From: the human T2T-CHM13v2.0 reference genome, Homo sapiens | Length of the DNA stretch: 64,000 nt | NCBI RefSeq assembly: GCF_009914755.1 | Contig: NC_060944.1 | Strand: one strand, 5' to 3' | Part shown: positions 13,421 to 27,125 of the stretch, piece by piece | Position numbering within the stretch: position 1 is the stretch's first letter | How the letters are laid out: every line of letters starts with the position of its first letter | The notes under the pieces: generated by a model | Told to the model about the DNA's origin: nothing | Seen by the model: only the letters and a program-made list of their open reading frames with translations | Database searches by the model: none | Translations under genes and position numbers: made by a program

Positions 13421-13842
13421 TGTGTTATGCCATTCTTGCATTGCTATAACAAATACCTGATACAGGGTAATTTATGAAGAAGAGAAGTTTAATTGGCTCA
13501 TATTTCTGCAGGCTGTACAGGAAGTGTGGTGTCAATATCTACTTGGCTTCTGGGGAGGCTTCTGGAAACTTACAATCATGGTGGAAAGCAAACAGGAAGC
13601 AGACTCATCACATGAGGAAAGGAGGAGCAAGAAAACAAGGGGGAGGTGCCACACACTTTTAAACAACCAAATCTCACAAGAACTCACTCACTGTCACTAG
13701 AACAGCACCAACGAGATGGTGCTAAACCATTCATGAGAAATCCACCCCCATGATCCAATCACCTCCCACCAGGCCCCACCTCCAGCATTGAGGGTTATAT
13801 TTCAACATGAGATTTCGGTAGAGACATATTCAAACTACATCA
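13421..13842 (-). mobile_element. MSTA MaLR solo LTR
   Basis: 'tgtgttatgccattcttgcattgctataa...ttaattggctca...atgatccaatcacctcccaccaggccccacctcca...aaactacatca'. Confidence 0.9.
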
Positions 13843-14089
13843 TGTCCCCACCACCCCCATACCCCAAATCGTCAAGAATGCCCCTGTGGTGCCATGTCCA
13901 TGTGCTATGAGGTAGCACACGTGTGCATGCCAGGTGAGTTCCACAGGTGACCCTTATGTGGTGTCATCTGACCCTGATGTCAGCCACACTTATATGGCTC
14001 CCCTGACCCTGATGTGGAGAGCAAGAGGTGCAGGGTTCAGGGAAGTGGACTCTTCTGGCCACACTTTGCAAAGTTAATCAATGCAGTGA

Positions 14090-14573
14090 GAAAGAAAAAT
14101 AGCTCAGAGCAGTCTGAGGAATGTGAGTTATGCAAAATTTATCAGGCCCAGAGAGTAGGAAACTTCAGTCAGCCCTGCACCCATGGCCAGGGGCAATTAT
14201 TTAAAGGCATTTAGTTCTTTCTTTTCTTCCCTGTAGTTTCTAGACTAGCTGATAAATGACCTAAAATGTTACTGCAAGTTTCACAATGTGACCTCACCCA
14301 TGATCTTCATGTTCCTGGAATTCATGATACAAATAACAATGTCTAGTCAATCACTAATTAATGTAATTTCCATAAACCAGTGAGAACTCCCAACAAACAA
14401 CTTTGTATCTTCCCACTCCCTGTACCCCTTTGCCTTTAAAAACCTGCTTGTAACAAAGACAAAATGGAGTACATATCTAGGGTCTCAGTATTCTAGGCAG
14501 CTGTGAGCATCTTGCCTCAAGTAAACTACTTAAAGTTATATTTTGTGCCTCAGCTTCTTCCTTTAGGTGAACA
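14090..14573 (+). mobile_element. MER39-like ERV1 LTR
   Basis: 'tgagaaagaaaaatagctcagagcagtctgag...tatgcaaaatttatcaggcccagagag...cctcagcttcttcctttaggtgaaca'. Confidence 0.75.
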
Positions 14574-14619
14574 CCAGCAAATGGCTGGAGGAAGGGTGGA
14601 CAAAGAGGATACAAGGTAA

Positions 14620-15960
14620 TACATGGGAAATGCTCAATTCAGCATCTAATAGGAGAGGTCAACAAAGTTTTCTGAAGGAGATAGGAGCCATACAGAGAGT
14701 AAAGAGCACATATAAACCCATGGAAAAAATAAAAACATGGTAGCACACTGGAACACCTAATGGAAGTTGGAAGAGAAAAAAATTATCTGGGTGGCAGAAA
14801 AAAAAAGAAGATGGAAAAGAGGTGGGTAAACAAAGAGTTCTGAAATCAGAACTGACAGAAGAAGCTAAATGATTCCCAAGAGTTAGAAAGAAAGTCTAAA
14901 AATGTGGGGAGGAGTGCAAAAAAAGCAGGAATCAGGGTGGCTTTGGGTATATAGCAACAATATTGGATGGTAGAAAATAATGAAACAATGTCTTCAAAAT
15001 TCTGAGGGAAAATTATTTCTAACCAATAATCCTTTCCCTAACCAAACTGTCAATAAACACAAGAGTAAATACTGTATAGCATGCAGATCTTGAAAAATTA
15101 TCTTTCACATGTCCTTTCAGAGAAAGCTGTTCTGGAGCTTGGAGGATGTGCTCCACCAAAACAAGGGGCTAAACTGAGAAACAGGAAGACGAGAGATCCA
15201 GAAAAGGAGGTAAAACTTGAGAGAGAGAGTTAAAGTGGTTCCCCAGCATGACAAAATGACCCTAGGATGGCAGCTGTGCTCCAGTTCCAGAGGATGAGCA
15301 GTTTTAAATGAAACAGGCTACAGAGACCCTGGGGAGATGTTAAGAAAATGCAGTTGGTGGAATACCTGTTACAGGTAAATGATTTATACCAGAGTTTGCA
15401 CATTTTTCTTGAAGGACCAGATAGTGAACATTTCGGACTTTGCAGGCCGTATAGTCTCTGTTACAACCATTGAACTCTGTCATTATAATATGGAGTGAAA
15501 GCAGCCATAGATAATACAGAAACTAATGGGTGTGGCTGTGTTCCAGTAAAACTTTATTTATAAAAAGATAAACAAGCTAGATTTGACTTGCAGGGCATTG
15601 TTTGCTGAGTCCTATTTTGAACAAGGTGAGTGAACTCAGAGTATAAATTAGTTGTGATTTCATAGCAATCTAAGCACATAAAAAGCCAAGATAAGTTTTA
15701 ACTCTATAGAAAACAAAATTTTTAAAATGTTTCTCCTAAAATATCAAGATAATTGTGCATATGACATGGCTCACCTGTGAATGATCTTTATACAATCACA
15801 ATCATGTAGACACTGAATACTCCTCTACCCCAGTTTGTGATATAACCATGTGGGAAGTACATGAGGGGTGGGAGGGGTGACAGAAAGAGCATGGGTCTTG
15901 TTTGCTGTGGTGGGAAGCCTAGAGGTAACACCCAGAAGGCAGAATCAAGAAGTAGCCACA
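14620..15960 (+). mobile_element. Highly decayed L1M-type fragment(s)
   Basis: A-rich ORF1-like 'aacaatgtcttcaaaattctgagggaaaattattt...aaactgtcaata...ggaggatgtgctccaccaaaac'. Confidence 0.5.
15390..15613 (+). mobile_element. MER58A hAT DNA transposon
   Basis: 'ggaccagatagtgaacatttcggactttgcaggccgtatagtctctgttacaacc...gggtgtggctgtgttccagtaaaactttatttat'. Confidence 0.85.
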
Positions 15961-16629
15961 AAGCCATATCATTTAGGTGCATGACAGAACACCTCAATAA
16001 CAAGAAGTAAGGGTTGGAACAGGAGGCTCAGTGAAGAGCAATTTAGGAGAGTCTCTGGCGGCCTGGAGAGAACTGTCTCAACTTCCTGAGCCTACCTCCA
16101 GGGCCTCTGCCCAGACCAGACCTCCTGGGAGCAGAGCACGCTGTGACACTCCTAAAGTGGAGGCTTGCCAAGGGGTGCAGATGGAGCTTGGACATGTGGT
16201 CAGGGTGCTGCTTGCTTCTCGTTTTCCACACTGCTAGGCAAAGCAGGAAAGGGCTATAAAGAACAAAAGGGAGGGGGTTATTTAGAACAGAAAAGGGGGT
16301 CAGCCCTGGCCTGGAGCTGGCTCTCCTTGCAAAGCCACATTCCAGCAGGATGATTCCTAGGATTCTATGAATTCTAGAACAATTGAAGGGGTATTTGCTA
16401 AGGCAGGAAGACAGGATACATTTTATTTAATGGCTTGTTTTATTGATACATGTAAACCAGGTCCTGCCGTTTACATAAGGGCAAAGATGTTGCCTTTGCC
16501 CACCGCACAGTGTGGGAGCCCAGCCTGGAGCAGCCACTGGGGAGAACGGGGTAACTGGAACAGAACTCTAGGGCACAGCTCTGAAAAGGAGATTTGCTGG
16601 TCCCATCTCCAGTGCAGATCCTTGGCCTG

Positions 16630-17030
16630 TGCTGCCCGGTTCAGGGTGGAGGTCTGCTCCCGGCTCTCAGGGCCTCCCTTTCTATCTGAGTCTCCACCGA
16701 GGCGGCTCTGAGAGAACCCAGCTGACTCAGGGACAGTGGAGCAGAGGCTGGAGAGGACAGCGGTGAGCCTGGGCAGCGCCGGGTCGGGACCCCGGCAGCA
16801 GAGGCCGCGAAACCGCCCTGGATTGGGGTTAGCTGGGATCAGATTCTGGATCAAAGCAGGTACGAGGTAGGGACACTGTGAGGTGAGTCCATGGACACAT
16901 GGGTGCGGAGGTGGTGGCGCCGGGGAAGGGGCAGGCACAAATGCTCACGCAGCCCCGCGCTCTGCGGGTCTTTCCCGCTCACTGGTAAAGAGATGACAGA
17001 TCTGCTTGAGCGTTTTGGTGCGGCAGGACT
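16630..17030 (+). promoter_or_regulatory. CpG-rich promoter/enhancer-like patch with candidate first-exon splice donors
   Basis: About 20 or more CpGs in 400 bp in an otherwise CpG-poor window; TGACTCA at 16723-16729; inverted CCAAT near 16822; donors CAG|GTACGA (16860) and GAG|GTGAGT (16883). Confidence 0.5.
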
Positions 17031-18149
17031 GTGCCTGTATCTCCTACATTCTGTCCCAAAACCCTGGGCAGGATTTTGTCCTCACTTCACACGTAAGAAA
17101 ACTCAGGTTCAGAGGATTAAATAGCATGCCTAAGGCCAGGTGAGCAACTCCACGACCCCACAGCTGCCCTGGCGGCCTCCAGGAGGCCTCCTAGCCTCAC
17201 TGCCTCACTTGGTAATGTTGGGCAGAGCTGGGGTCTACCTGGGTGCTGCATCTCTGGGCAGAGCAGGAGCTTACCTTTGGAAGGAGGCATTGGACTTCTG
17301 GGGAAAGTTTAAAAAAAAAAAAAAAGCCCACTCCTGTTTTGTGCTCCCTGCCTGTTACCGGGCTTTCACTAGCCTCTTCGGTCAGGGCAGCGTGACTTCC
17401 GTAGTGACTTGGGTAATCTTTACAACACAGATGGCTTTTCTCAGACCCTCAAATAACTCATTTACACATTCTGGATCCATTATGGGAAATTCGGAATAAA
17501 TGGATGCCTGGTATGACTAGGGAAATTAAACTACAGCAATAGAAAGCATCTTACCCGGACTTCAACAGCCAACCAGGGAGCACATGCGCTGCGTACCCAG
17601 AAGCCACACAGCCTGAGCCTCTCCTGCTTCCCGGCCGTGCACAAGCAGTTCCTGGAAACACTCACAGGATGCGCCTCTGTTCTCAAGAAGCCACATGCCC
17701 CTCGGCTACAGAGTGTCAACCCACAGTCTCCTGTGTGCCTATCGGGGTCAGAAGTGATCATCGGGGTTGAGAGCCTCACTTAAGAAGTTAACAAGGCCCA
17801 GGGTAGATGAGGGAGCCGTGCTCAGAGCTGCGTCGGCCAGCCCTCCATGCTCAGCCACATCTCTTTCCTAAACTATGAAGGGGATGGTGGGACCTGCTCT
17901 GTGGACACTGAGGGACTCACAGGTAGTGTAGGTGATAGGCCCCCGCCGCGCAGGACCCACCCATGCTGGGCAGGCTTGCTTCTCATTTCCACATGCCAGG
18001 CCAAGCAGGAAAGGGTTACAGAGGAATGGACCCTCCTGGGTGTGGACGTCTCCTTCATAACCCCTGGAACTAGACAGAGAGGAACACCTGGGGGTTAAGG
18101 TGCAACGGGACCAGTGCTGCCCAGTCACCTGTGGAGACAGGCATTTCTT

Positions 18150-18315
18150 TTCTGATGCTGTTCATACACCAGCCACCAGACCCACGTAGCTGTTAAGCAC
18201 TTGAAATGCAGTTAGTGGGACCGGCGCACTGATTTTAGTTTAATTTTAGTTAATTCACATTTAAATTTAAAAAGTTGAGTGTGGGTGGTGGCTACCATAT
18301 TGAACAGTGAAGATC
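18150..18315. mobile_element. MER3-like hAT MITE
   Basis: 'agccaccagacccacgtagctgttaagcacttgaaatg...ttaattcacatttaaatttaaa...gtggctaccatattgaacagtg'. Confidence 0.7.
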
Positions 18316-19954
18316 TAGCCCACAGGGTATAAATGACAGGTGCTCATTAGTGTCCAGTCTGACTCTTTCTGGGACATTGTCACTGTATCCTGGATTCCAT
18401 TCCTGAAAGCCTGGCATCTGTAGGGTTCTGCAGATGTCAGCAGAGTTTATCAGGCCCAGCTGTTGACTCCTGGAGCAGGTGTGCTGACTAGTAAGTGAGA
18501 TCATGTGCAGAGCTGCCATATGCCCTGTGCTGTGGGCAGACCTATGTGTCATCTTTACTTGTGTTCTGATCAAAGGAGGGAAGGTGTAAAAAAATTCATG
18601 GAAAGTGTAAAGTGTCAGGGAATATTAGTTACCATGATGAACAGTAATTATCAGAGTGACCTAATTTTGTACCTTCCCCTTTTTGTATCTTGTGTAATAT
18701 TCACATGCCTGTGGTGGGGCCTGTCTCCAGTTTACAGAATTAAAAATGGGCTGGGAGGTGAGGTGTCTCCCCAGGAAACAAGGAAATAAGTGCAGGACTT
18801 AGAGGAGCTGAGCTGTCCCAACCCCCAGGGCCTCCACAGCTGCTTCATGCGGGGACATGGAGCCTGAAGTCTCCATTCTCGTCCCACTCTGTGCCTGTCC
18901 CAAAGCAGCACTTCTCCCTCAGACTTTTTCTTTTTGAAAATTATTTGAATAAATTTCTTCTTCTAATTCCCTAAGATCAAAAAAATTGTATCCTTTATAG
19001 ATTTAAAAAAGCAGCAGTATGAAAATGAGCCCAGAGATCCTTACATTATAAATGCTTAGAGAAACTTTATGGTTATAAAAACAGTAATTAGGTAAGAGGC
19101 CCTAAGCATCTGATTCCTTAAAATGCTCTTTAAGGTGGAATGGATTTAGTTAGCATCTGGCACCTTGCTTCGTACTGGTATGAGTGCTTTCCATGTTAGT
19201 AAATTTCAGCATCAATTCGAAAGCTTGGCAGGCATGATCCTAATGCTGGTGAGAAGTCTGTTTCTCATGCTCATAGATCCCTCCTGGATTCCTCCTGGGT
19301 GCACACCAAGAAAAGGGAGCTGGAATGACCTGATACTGTGGATTACGTTTACATGAACATGGTGGCATTTTGGGTGGCTTTGATGGTACACCTACTAGAG
19401 GCATTATCTTTTTTTACCTGGTCTGGTGTGATATTGTCTGATTAAGGGATTCACTAGCAGGGCTGCAGGATTTCCTGCCCTCTGTGGATGCCAGCAGTGC
19501 ACTATCCACTATCGTCATGGCCCCAGAGGGCTCCCACCCAAGTGATGCTTTACCATCCTCAGACTGGCAACGCTAAAAGATAAGTTGTGTTCATTTCACC
19601 GCTGTCCAGTTTGGCACCAGGCAGCAGTGGGGTTGCTTGCTGGGGCCACTCAACAGGACCTCACTGCAACATCAGTGCCCCCCAATATGAAGTTGGGGCT
19701 TTTGCACCCCAGGTAGAATTTTCTTTTCCTTAGGTTTATATTCAGGAATGTCCTCAGAATTTGGCAGATGTCTATGAGGCCAATGGCAAACAGTGCTCAA
19801 TGGCAAAGGGGTATTTCTATAGAAGAGTGGCCAATATTTGTACTTGGAAGGAGGGGCTGTGAGCCCGCGGGGATGGGGAAGATGGAAAGGGAGAAGAGAA
19901 TACAGGATCCTCATTCCAACCCCAGTGGGTGCAGCCTGAGACAGCCTGCTCTTG

Positions 19955-20070
19955 GGCAGTGGTTCTCAAGGTGGAACCTGGAGGGTTTATGACTTCATTC
20001 CGTAAGCTGCCGGGCCAAGAATGTGCATTTCTGTCATTTTCCCTGGCAGTGCTGAGGCTGCTGGTCCCTA
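19955..20070. mobile_element. MER5A fragment
   Basis: 'cagtggttctcaag...ggccaagaatgtgcatttct...tgctgaggctgctggtcc'. Confidence 0.55.
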
Positions 20071-21371
20071 GTGGTTTCCTTCAATGCTCTTTGGCAGCAC
20101 ACTTGCAGGTGGAGCCTGTGAAGGTTCCCATTTAACTGCTTGCAATGAACCTGCCAGTGCAGAAAGCAGAATGACAGAGTTCCAGTCCCCAAGTCCCAAA
20201 GGAGCTTCCAACTGCATCCCTGTAGTGACATTAACATCATTTTCCCCATCATTTACTTAGGAATGCCAGTCTCCTTTCCATCGTACAGGGAATCCAGCCC
20301 TTTAAATGCAACTACAGACCTGTTTCTCAAGTCCAACCCTGGCCTCTGTTTCAGCCTGGCCTGCGGCCTCATTCCAGGTTTCCATCCTCTCTCACAAGAC
20401 TATTTGAGAGCCTCCAGCTTCACATTCTCAGCCACCCATTTCTCTCTCTCCTCCTGCCTACCTCACCATGAAGGCTTCTGAAATGCAGCTTTCCCCTGTC
20501 CAGCCTGTCCTTTGGTGGCTTTAAGATCTTTCATGGCTCTGTGTGTGCCCATCAGGGCTTTGGTTCTGGGCTTGAACAGCAAAAAACCCCTGCCCTGGGC
20601 ACAGCCCTGCTTGTCCTCCTGGCCTGCCATTCACATGGTGTTCCTTTGCCTAGAGCCACTCCCGTTCCTCCCCCTAGAAAATGTGTCTTCACCCTGCAGG
20701 GCCTGACTCAGAGTTCATTTAAATGACACAGGAGGTACAGAAGGTGCGTCCACTGAGGGGACCCTGGGCACTGGCCATGCCTTCCTTTGCTGGGGCCAGG
20801 GTGGGGCTTCTCTGGTCTGACCTGCAGTAAGGGGCTCCAAGGGTTCTGTGCTGCTGGAACAGGGCATCCACATGGGGTAGACAGGATGGTGCTGAGCAGA
20901 ATCCCAGGTCACAGAGGCCCCCAGTTCTGCTGAATGGCCCGGGAGGCTATGCTGGCTACTGCTGAGAAGAGGACTCTGCACCCAATGCTGCTCTCTGAAA
21001 GACCCAGGTCTGCTGGCCCCCATGTGATGTTACCATCTGGCTTCCAGGTCACTCCCTGGTTTGGACCTGGAGGTGGCCAATCCCAAAATGTTCTGGGAAG
21101 AAGCCTGGAGGCTGACTGGGCCCCAGTCCCCATGGTTTGTCCTTCTTCTCCCTCCCCCTCACCAAAGCCATGAACTTGAAGCCATGAACTTGAAGCCTGT
21201 GTCTCAGGTTGAATTCAAAGTCAAGTGGTTTATTTAGGAGGTGAGGGAATAGTCCCTGGAAGGAGGGCGTATTGATAAGCCAATTACCATGGTCACCTGG
21301 AGCTTAATCACTCGGGGATACCTAGGAAATGTATAGATTCTGCCGCGCCTGGGAAGTCTCTCGTCAGACAG

Positions 21372-21730
21372 TGTTATGGGTTAGTTGATGTCCAGACAAA
21401 AGACATGTCGACATTCTGGCCCCAGTACCTGTGGGTGTGACTTATTTGGAAACAGGGTCTTTGCAGATGCAATCAAGTTAGATGGCATCACCAGAGTAAG
21501 CCAAATCCAAGGACTGGTATCCTTATAGGAAGAGGAGACACAGAGACACAGAAGGTAGAAGGCCATGTATGGGGCCACAGTCTTGAGCTAGAAGAGGCAA
21601 GGAAGGAACTCCCAGAGGCTTTGGGGGAGCACAGCCCTGCCAACTCCTTGCTTGTGGACTTGCAGACTCTAGACTGAGAGAGGCAAGTTTCTGTTGTTTA
21701 AGCTGCTCATGAGTGGCACTCTGTTACAGA
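21372..21730 (+). mobile_element. MLT1B/C MaLR LTR nested in an LTR16-like remnant (about 21198-21960)
   Basis: 'tgttatgggtt...gtgacttatttggaaacagggtctttgcagatgcaatcaagtta...tttctgttgtttaagc...tgttacag'. Confidence 0.85.
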
Positions 21731-22319
21731 GGGCTGTGCGGGGTGGGCTGTCTATCCCCAGCTACCCCAGTCCTTGGTTGACTGCTGCTATTGAGAGGAT
21801 GCTCATTTCTGGGCACCTTTAGGCTCAGGCCCAGGGCAGGGCCTCTGTGGTTCTAGAAGGAGCTTCCTAGCATAGAAATGCTTCCAGCTGTAGCTGTAAG
21901 TTGGCAGAGTACAGTGAAGGGTCTGGGAGACATGGGCAGGGCATGGATAGGAACTGCTGTCCCTTCTTGACCAGGCCCAAAGGATGTGGTCCTTGGGCCA
22001 AGCATTTGGGATAAGAGACAAAGTCTCAGGGAGCAAAGAAAGGAGGGGCTTGTGGGAATGGGAGTGGGTACAAATCAGTTACTACTTGAATATCTTCCCC
22101 TAAGAGACTTCCACCCCAATATCCTGTCCCCAAGTCCCCAAGAATTCAGTTGTCCTTGCCCTTTGCTCCTGAATCTCTCCCCAAATCCCAGCGCATGCCA
22201 TTGCATTGCAGACATCTGTATACTTGATGCCTTCCCCTCTAGAACTGTCATGCAGGAGTGAACTGCACACCTCATCTTTGTGCTTCCACATACGTAGTGG
22301 TTGGTATCTATTTTATTGT

Positions 22320-23545
22320 TTTAATTTTAGGGCAAAAAACACCTAGTCGGCCTATGAAGTGCAGGGACCCATGGAGGGCCATGCAGTTGATCAGGCTCAA
22401 GGTGCCCTAGGGAGAGGGTGGTGGCCAGGGCTGTTCCCGCAGAAAGAAGGGTGCTATGCCTGTACTTGGTGCTGCTGGTGTCCCAGGATGTGTGGCTGCC
22501 TGTTCCTCTTTCTTGTCCTGTCCTTCCTCAGTGAGGATGAGTAGCAGCTAACCCAGCCCCATGCAAGTAGCTCAAGGCCAGTTCTCCCTTGTTGCACTAA
22601 AGCAAGATTTTTCTCAGCCCCTCTGCTGGGCTCCCGGTAGGAGATGCCCCATCGACTCAGCCCACCTAGCCATGCCTAAAGGCAAGCCTCTGGTGTGGAT
22701 CTCATGCTGCCACGACTGTGCGCTCAGCCTCTGACTGGTGGGAACATGTGAGTGAGCAAGTATGGGGTCTGGCCAGCCAGTCTGAGCACAGACACAGGAG
22801 CAGGCTCTGTGCAAAGCCCACACCAGACCAGGTGTGTCACCCCAAGGGGAACATGGTGGTGCCAAGTCAGGGGTGCCTGCGACCCCTAAGCCTCAGAGGG
22901 GGTATTACAGTGTGCTAATTAGCTATTTTAGTTCTGCTATCCACAGCCTGATGAACAGCAATGTGTTAGCAGCTCAGTCAGCCCCGTGGCCCACTCTGAC
23001 CCACAGCTGTGGGACTGGCTGGGCCCCACTCCTGTTTCTGTTGTGTGGGGCAGCTACCCTCCACTGTGAGGGCAGGGGAACACAGTGCTACAGCCTTTCT
23101 GGATACCCGCCTTTGGTGGGTCCCGAGCTCTTGTCCCTCATCCAAGAAGAATGAAGTCATGCTGACAATTGAAAGGTGATGAGGACGGAGAGTTTTATTG
23201 AGCAACGAAACAGTTATCAGTAGAGAGGGAACAGGAAGGTGGTCTCTCACCCGAAGTCAGGTTGTCTTCCCCAGTGTGGCTGAGTCTGAGGTTTTTATAG
23301 GCACAGGATGGAGGAGCCATGGGCCAAATGATGTAGTATTGGGAAAGTCAACATTCAATTGGCTAAAAGCATTATTCAGAAAGAACCAATTGGGGAAGGG
23401 TAGGCAAACAGGAACAGAAGTTGTCACTCTGGGTCGTGGGTTTCATCCGGAACCAGCAGTCCAGGGTGTTTTGGCTCGAAGGTGAGGTTTCACCAGGGAA
23501 CCACCCCTGTTTGCCTAGGCATTTGACTGCCTCCTGTCACTGTCA
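22320..23545 (-). mobile_element. MER52/LTR27/LTR28-type ERV1 LTR plus adjacent internal leader
   Basis: 'ggggtgcctgcgacccctaagcctcagagggggtattacagtg', 'cttgtccctcatccaagaagaatga', end 'tttcaccagggaaccacccctgtttgcctaggcatttgactgcctcctgtcactgtca'. Confidence 0.75.
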
Positions 23546-23989
23546 GCATTGGTGCCTGAAAAGGCCATCCTCCTGCAGATGGAGCCACCCTCCTGCCTGC
23601 ACTGGAACCAATAAAGTTTCCACAAAGATTTAGTCTTGATTTTTATCTTTTTCTTTCCCATTCAAATCATGAAGTTCTCTCACACTTTTTAAGGTCACTT
23701 AGGTTCTAAGTCTTGAGATAAAATGTCTCTCCCTAAAGCATAAACCCCATCACCTCTCTTCTTCCTAACCCCAGAGAACAGCCTCATCAGTGATATCCCA
23801 CTCTGCTCGGTTTCATAAGGAAGTATCCCTGGAATTCATCTGGGGGAGTTGTGTACATTCTAACCTTTCCTTCTATTTTTTTCCTATTTCATAATTACTA
23901 CTTTTTAAATTTTATTAATTGTAAATTAACATTCATACAAGCAGGCATGCATCTAAAATCCACCAGCCTTCAATTGGAGAAGCAAGCAG

Positions 23990-24220
23990 CACACTGTAGT
24001 CACAAGGTCTTTGGTCTGGGGACTGACACCGAGTGGGAAAGCCTGTTCCCACCTCTGGCTGCCATGTGACCCCGAGCAAATCTCCCCCATTCCTCCCCAG
24101 GTTCTTTGCCTGTCAGGGGGTGGTGCACATCCCACTCACTTCATCCTGAAGATCAAATGAGAGGTCATATGTAGCAGGAATTTCAACTCTCTGGCATTTG
24201 GTGCTTCAATAAACATCACC
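23990..24220 (+). mobile_element. MIR remnant
   Basis: 'gccatgtgaccccgagcaaatctc...cacttcatcctgaagatcaaatgagagg...ggtgcttcaataaa'. Confidence 0.55.
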
Positions 24221-26996
24221 TACAAGATTAGACATAGCCAGCATTATACATAAATTCACTCCACTCCACATATTTGGGTAGGTGCTAGGAGACTGAAGGG
24301 GATGCAAACTCTTTCCTACATGAAGTCTGTAACCATCCAGAACATACTTAATTGAGTGAAGCAAGACCTTTTTCACATATTGTCACTGCTCTGCAATTTA
24401 CTGCTATCCTAATAAAAGTTTATAAACTTTGCATGGCTAACAGAAAAATAGGAAGAGCCTTAGAGAAATCTTCCTTTGCAATAACTGCTCTGGCCCCTGG
24501 ACATCAGCACAGCAGACGATGCTGAATGAGGTCGAATCGTTGGAACTGAGGGTCTTGACATCCAGCAGACTCAGGCCGTCATGGACTTCATTGCTCCTTT
24601 TTGCCACTAGCTCTGGGACCTCAAGCAAGTCACTTCATTTTTTTCCCCGCAGTTTTCACAGCTTTAAAATGGGATCAATACCAGTTCCTGCCTGACAAAG
24701 TAAAGTGGGAAGTTTAAAACAAACATCCTCTCACACCCTGGGTTTAAGTGTCAGGGCAATATACCCTAGGCTGTCCCAAGAGCACCTCACAAAACCTCCC
24801 TCCCATTTGCCTCCATCACCAGACTCTGAGCTCCCTCCCACCCCACCTGAGAACCATGAGGGCAGGGCCATGTGCTGGGGTGTGGCTCCCCACAGTGCCC
24901 TGGGCTGCCCTCCTCCCTGGCACTCCCCCACGGCAGACTTGTGCTGGGAGCTTCTCCTGCCAGCTTCACACATCTGCTGGCCCCAGCATTTCTCCTGCAA
25001 GCACATTCAGGTCTTTCCCAAGCAGGATTACTCTGGCAGCCTGTGAATGCACAACACCTGTTGTCTGAATTCTCCTGTCAATTGTGTTAATCCTGCTTTG
25101 CTTTGGGGATCCTGCAGGTAGATCTGGATCCGGATCTTGTCTGCTCAGCTTCTTCCTCACCAAGGCAGTGGAAGTGAAGCTGACCTTCTTGGGAAGTCTT
25201 TCTAGACTTGGCCAAGACAGAGCAGATTGTTGAAGATGGGAGCAGGTGGTGATGCAGAACGCACCAGACCCACAAGTGCCAGGGGCCAATCCTTACCTGG
25301 GCTTAATTCCAGGAGAGATGGCTTGTGGGCCAGAGGGACATGGTCTGGGATGGGCTTACTGGTCAGCCCAGAACAGGCCTCCTCAGAGAGTGTGCTCTGG
25401 ACCAGCACTGCCCCCATGACAGCATCCTGACAGCTGCCCTCTCCTCTTCCCTAAGTCACAAACGTCAGGCAGCCCACCCTGAGATAAGAAGCCAGCCTTC
25501 TTAAAAAGGTGACTAGCCTTCTTCTACAGTTTTCTTCCAATAATGTTCAGAGAGCCATCAAGCCCTGCTGAACCCAGATTCCTGCCATGAAAAGCCTTCA
25601 CTTTTGTCCCCACATATGACCTTCAAAGGACAGTTCGGTAGTTTTGCAAGTGAAGACTTAGCTTGGAGGGTGTTCAAGTAAGACTAAACATAAAATGGCA
25701 ACAGCAATAGTAAGAGTGATAGTGGCCAGGACTGTTCTCCCGTGTGGGCCTCCTCTGAGCCTGGCACACATGCTAGTCCCTTTGAGTGCTCCCGCCCCTG
25801 AGGTCAGTCTTGTGCTCACTGCCTCCCCCTCATAGGACATCCCAGGACGCAGCGGGACAGAGCCAGGCTGTGAGTGCGGGCTGCTGTCCCAGGCAACCTC
25901 CTACCACACACACGTCTCAGGCCTTGAGGGCTAATGGCTCATGGGGGCACTCACCATGGAGGGGCTTGAGGGGGTCTGGCCTGTGTGCCAGGTGCAGTCT
26001 GTTCCTGCCCCACCTCCAACCCTCAGCCAGCAGTGTCCACAGGAAGCTGGAATGGACCGACCCCTCTCTGCTGACCACCCCCAACCCGCTGCATTTGCCT
26101 CTCTGTCTTTCTATCAGGGAGCCTCCTCTGCACATGTGCAAAGCACCTGGATTTTACGTTCCAGGGACAACCTTCAACTGAGGATAAGCGGGAGTCCTTG
26201 GGTAAATCAACACAGCTTCCTCATCTCGTTGGGACAGTTTTGAGCTGCGTCTTATGTGGTTCCTCAGAGGTCGCAGCAGGGTTGGGCCTCATTGCCCACA
26301 GCAGTAACAGGTTCACCAACACAGCCTTCCCTTCTCACTCTCCCCACCCCTCACTCCCGGATTCCCCAACCGCCAACCCCCTCACCCTCACCACCGAGAA
26401 ACTATCTGCTCATACATCCTGGTGTCTGCTTTTGGGTGAATTCAAATTAAGACATTTATCTACATAAAACATAATCTGGTTATGATATTAGAATTGTGTG
26501 TGACTACCCTATAGCTGACTTGCATTTAAATAGCCAATTGTCATAGGTCCTGATGTCTATAAAGACATTAAAAGTCCCTATTTCCATGGTCATCCATTAC
26601 ACATAGTATCATGGAGTAGAATGTTTCCTAGACATAATCTAGTTTAGTAACGTTTAATCTTGTTTGAGCCTCATATCCCTTTGGAAATTTAAGGAAAGCT
26701 ACAGACCCACCCCTGGAAAACTGGTGATGCGTACAATATTGCCTACAATTTCAGGGTGTTTTTGGAACATTTAGATCCAAGCAGAGGTGTTCCTTTGCTT
26801 GACTCCCCTGACTCTAGTCCAATCGCTCAGTACACAGATGGGTAAACTGAGGCCTGGGTTGGAGAAGAGCCTGTCCACACCACTCAGTCAGTGAGCTGAT
26901 GTGAAGTCTCTTGACTCCCAATCTAGCCATCCTTCCACCCCACACCATCCACATCACTACCTTTATTTCTGTCTGTTGGGTTCTTACAATACGGCA

Positions 26997-27125
26997 AGCC
27001 AGGTGCTGTAGGAGTCCCAGCTACTTGGGAGGCTGAGGTGGGAGGATCTCTTAAGCCCATGAGTTTAAGGCCAGCTTGGGCAATGTAGTAAGACTTCCCC
27101 CATCTCTAAAAATAAAAATGAAAAC
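26997..27125 (+). mobile_element. Free left Alu monomer (FLAM)
   Basis: 'gccaggtgc...agtcccagctacttgggaggctgaggtgggaggatctcttaagccc...ggccagcttgggcaatgtagtaagac' plus A-tail. Confidence 0.85.

Noticed and set aside
24446-25430. Exon-like segments near 24446, 25119 and 25297-25427
   Set aside because: Isolated splice-like sites with no phase-consistent chain or recognisable product
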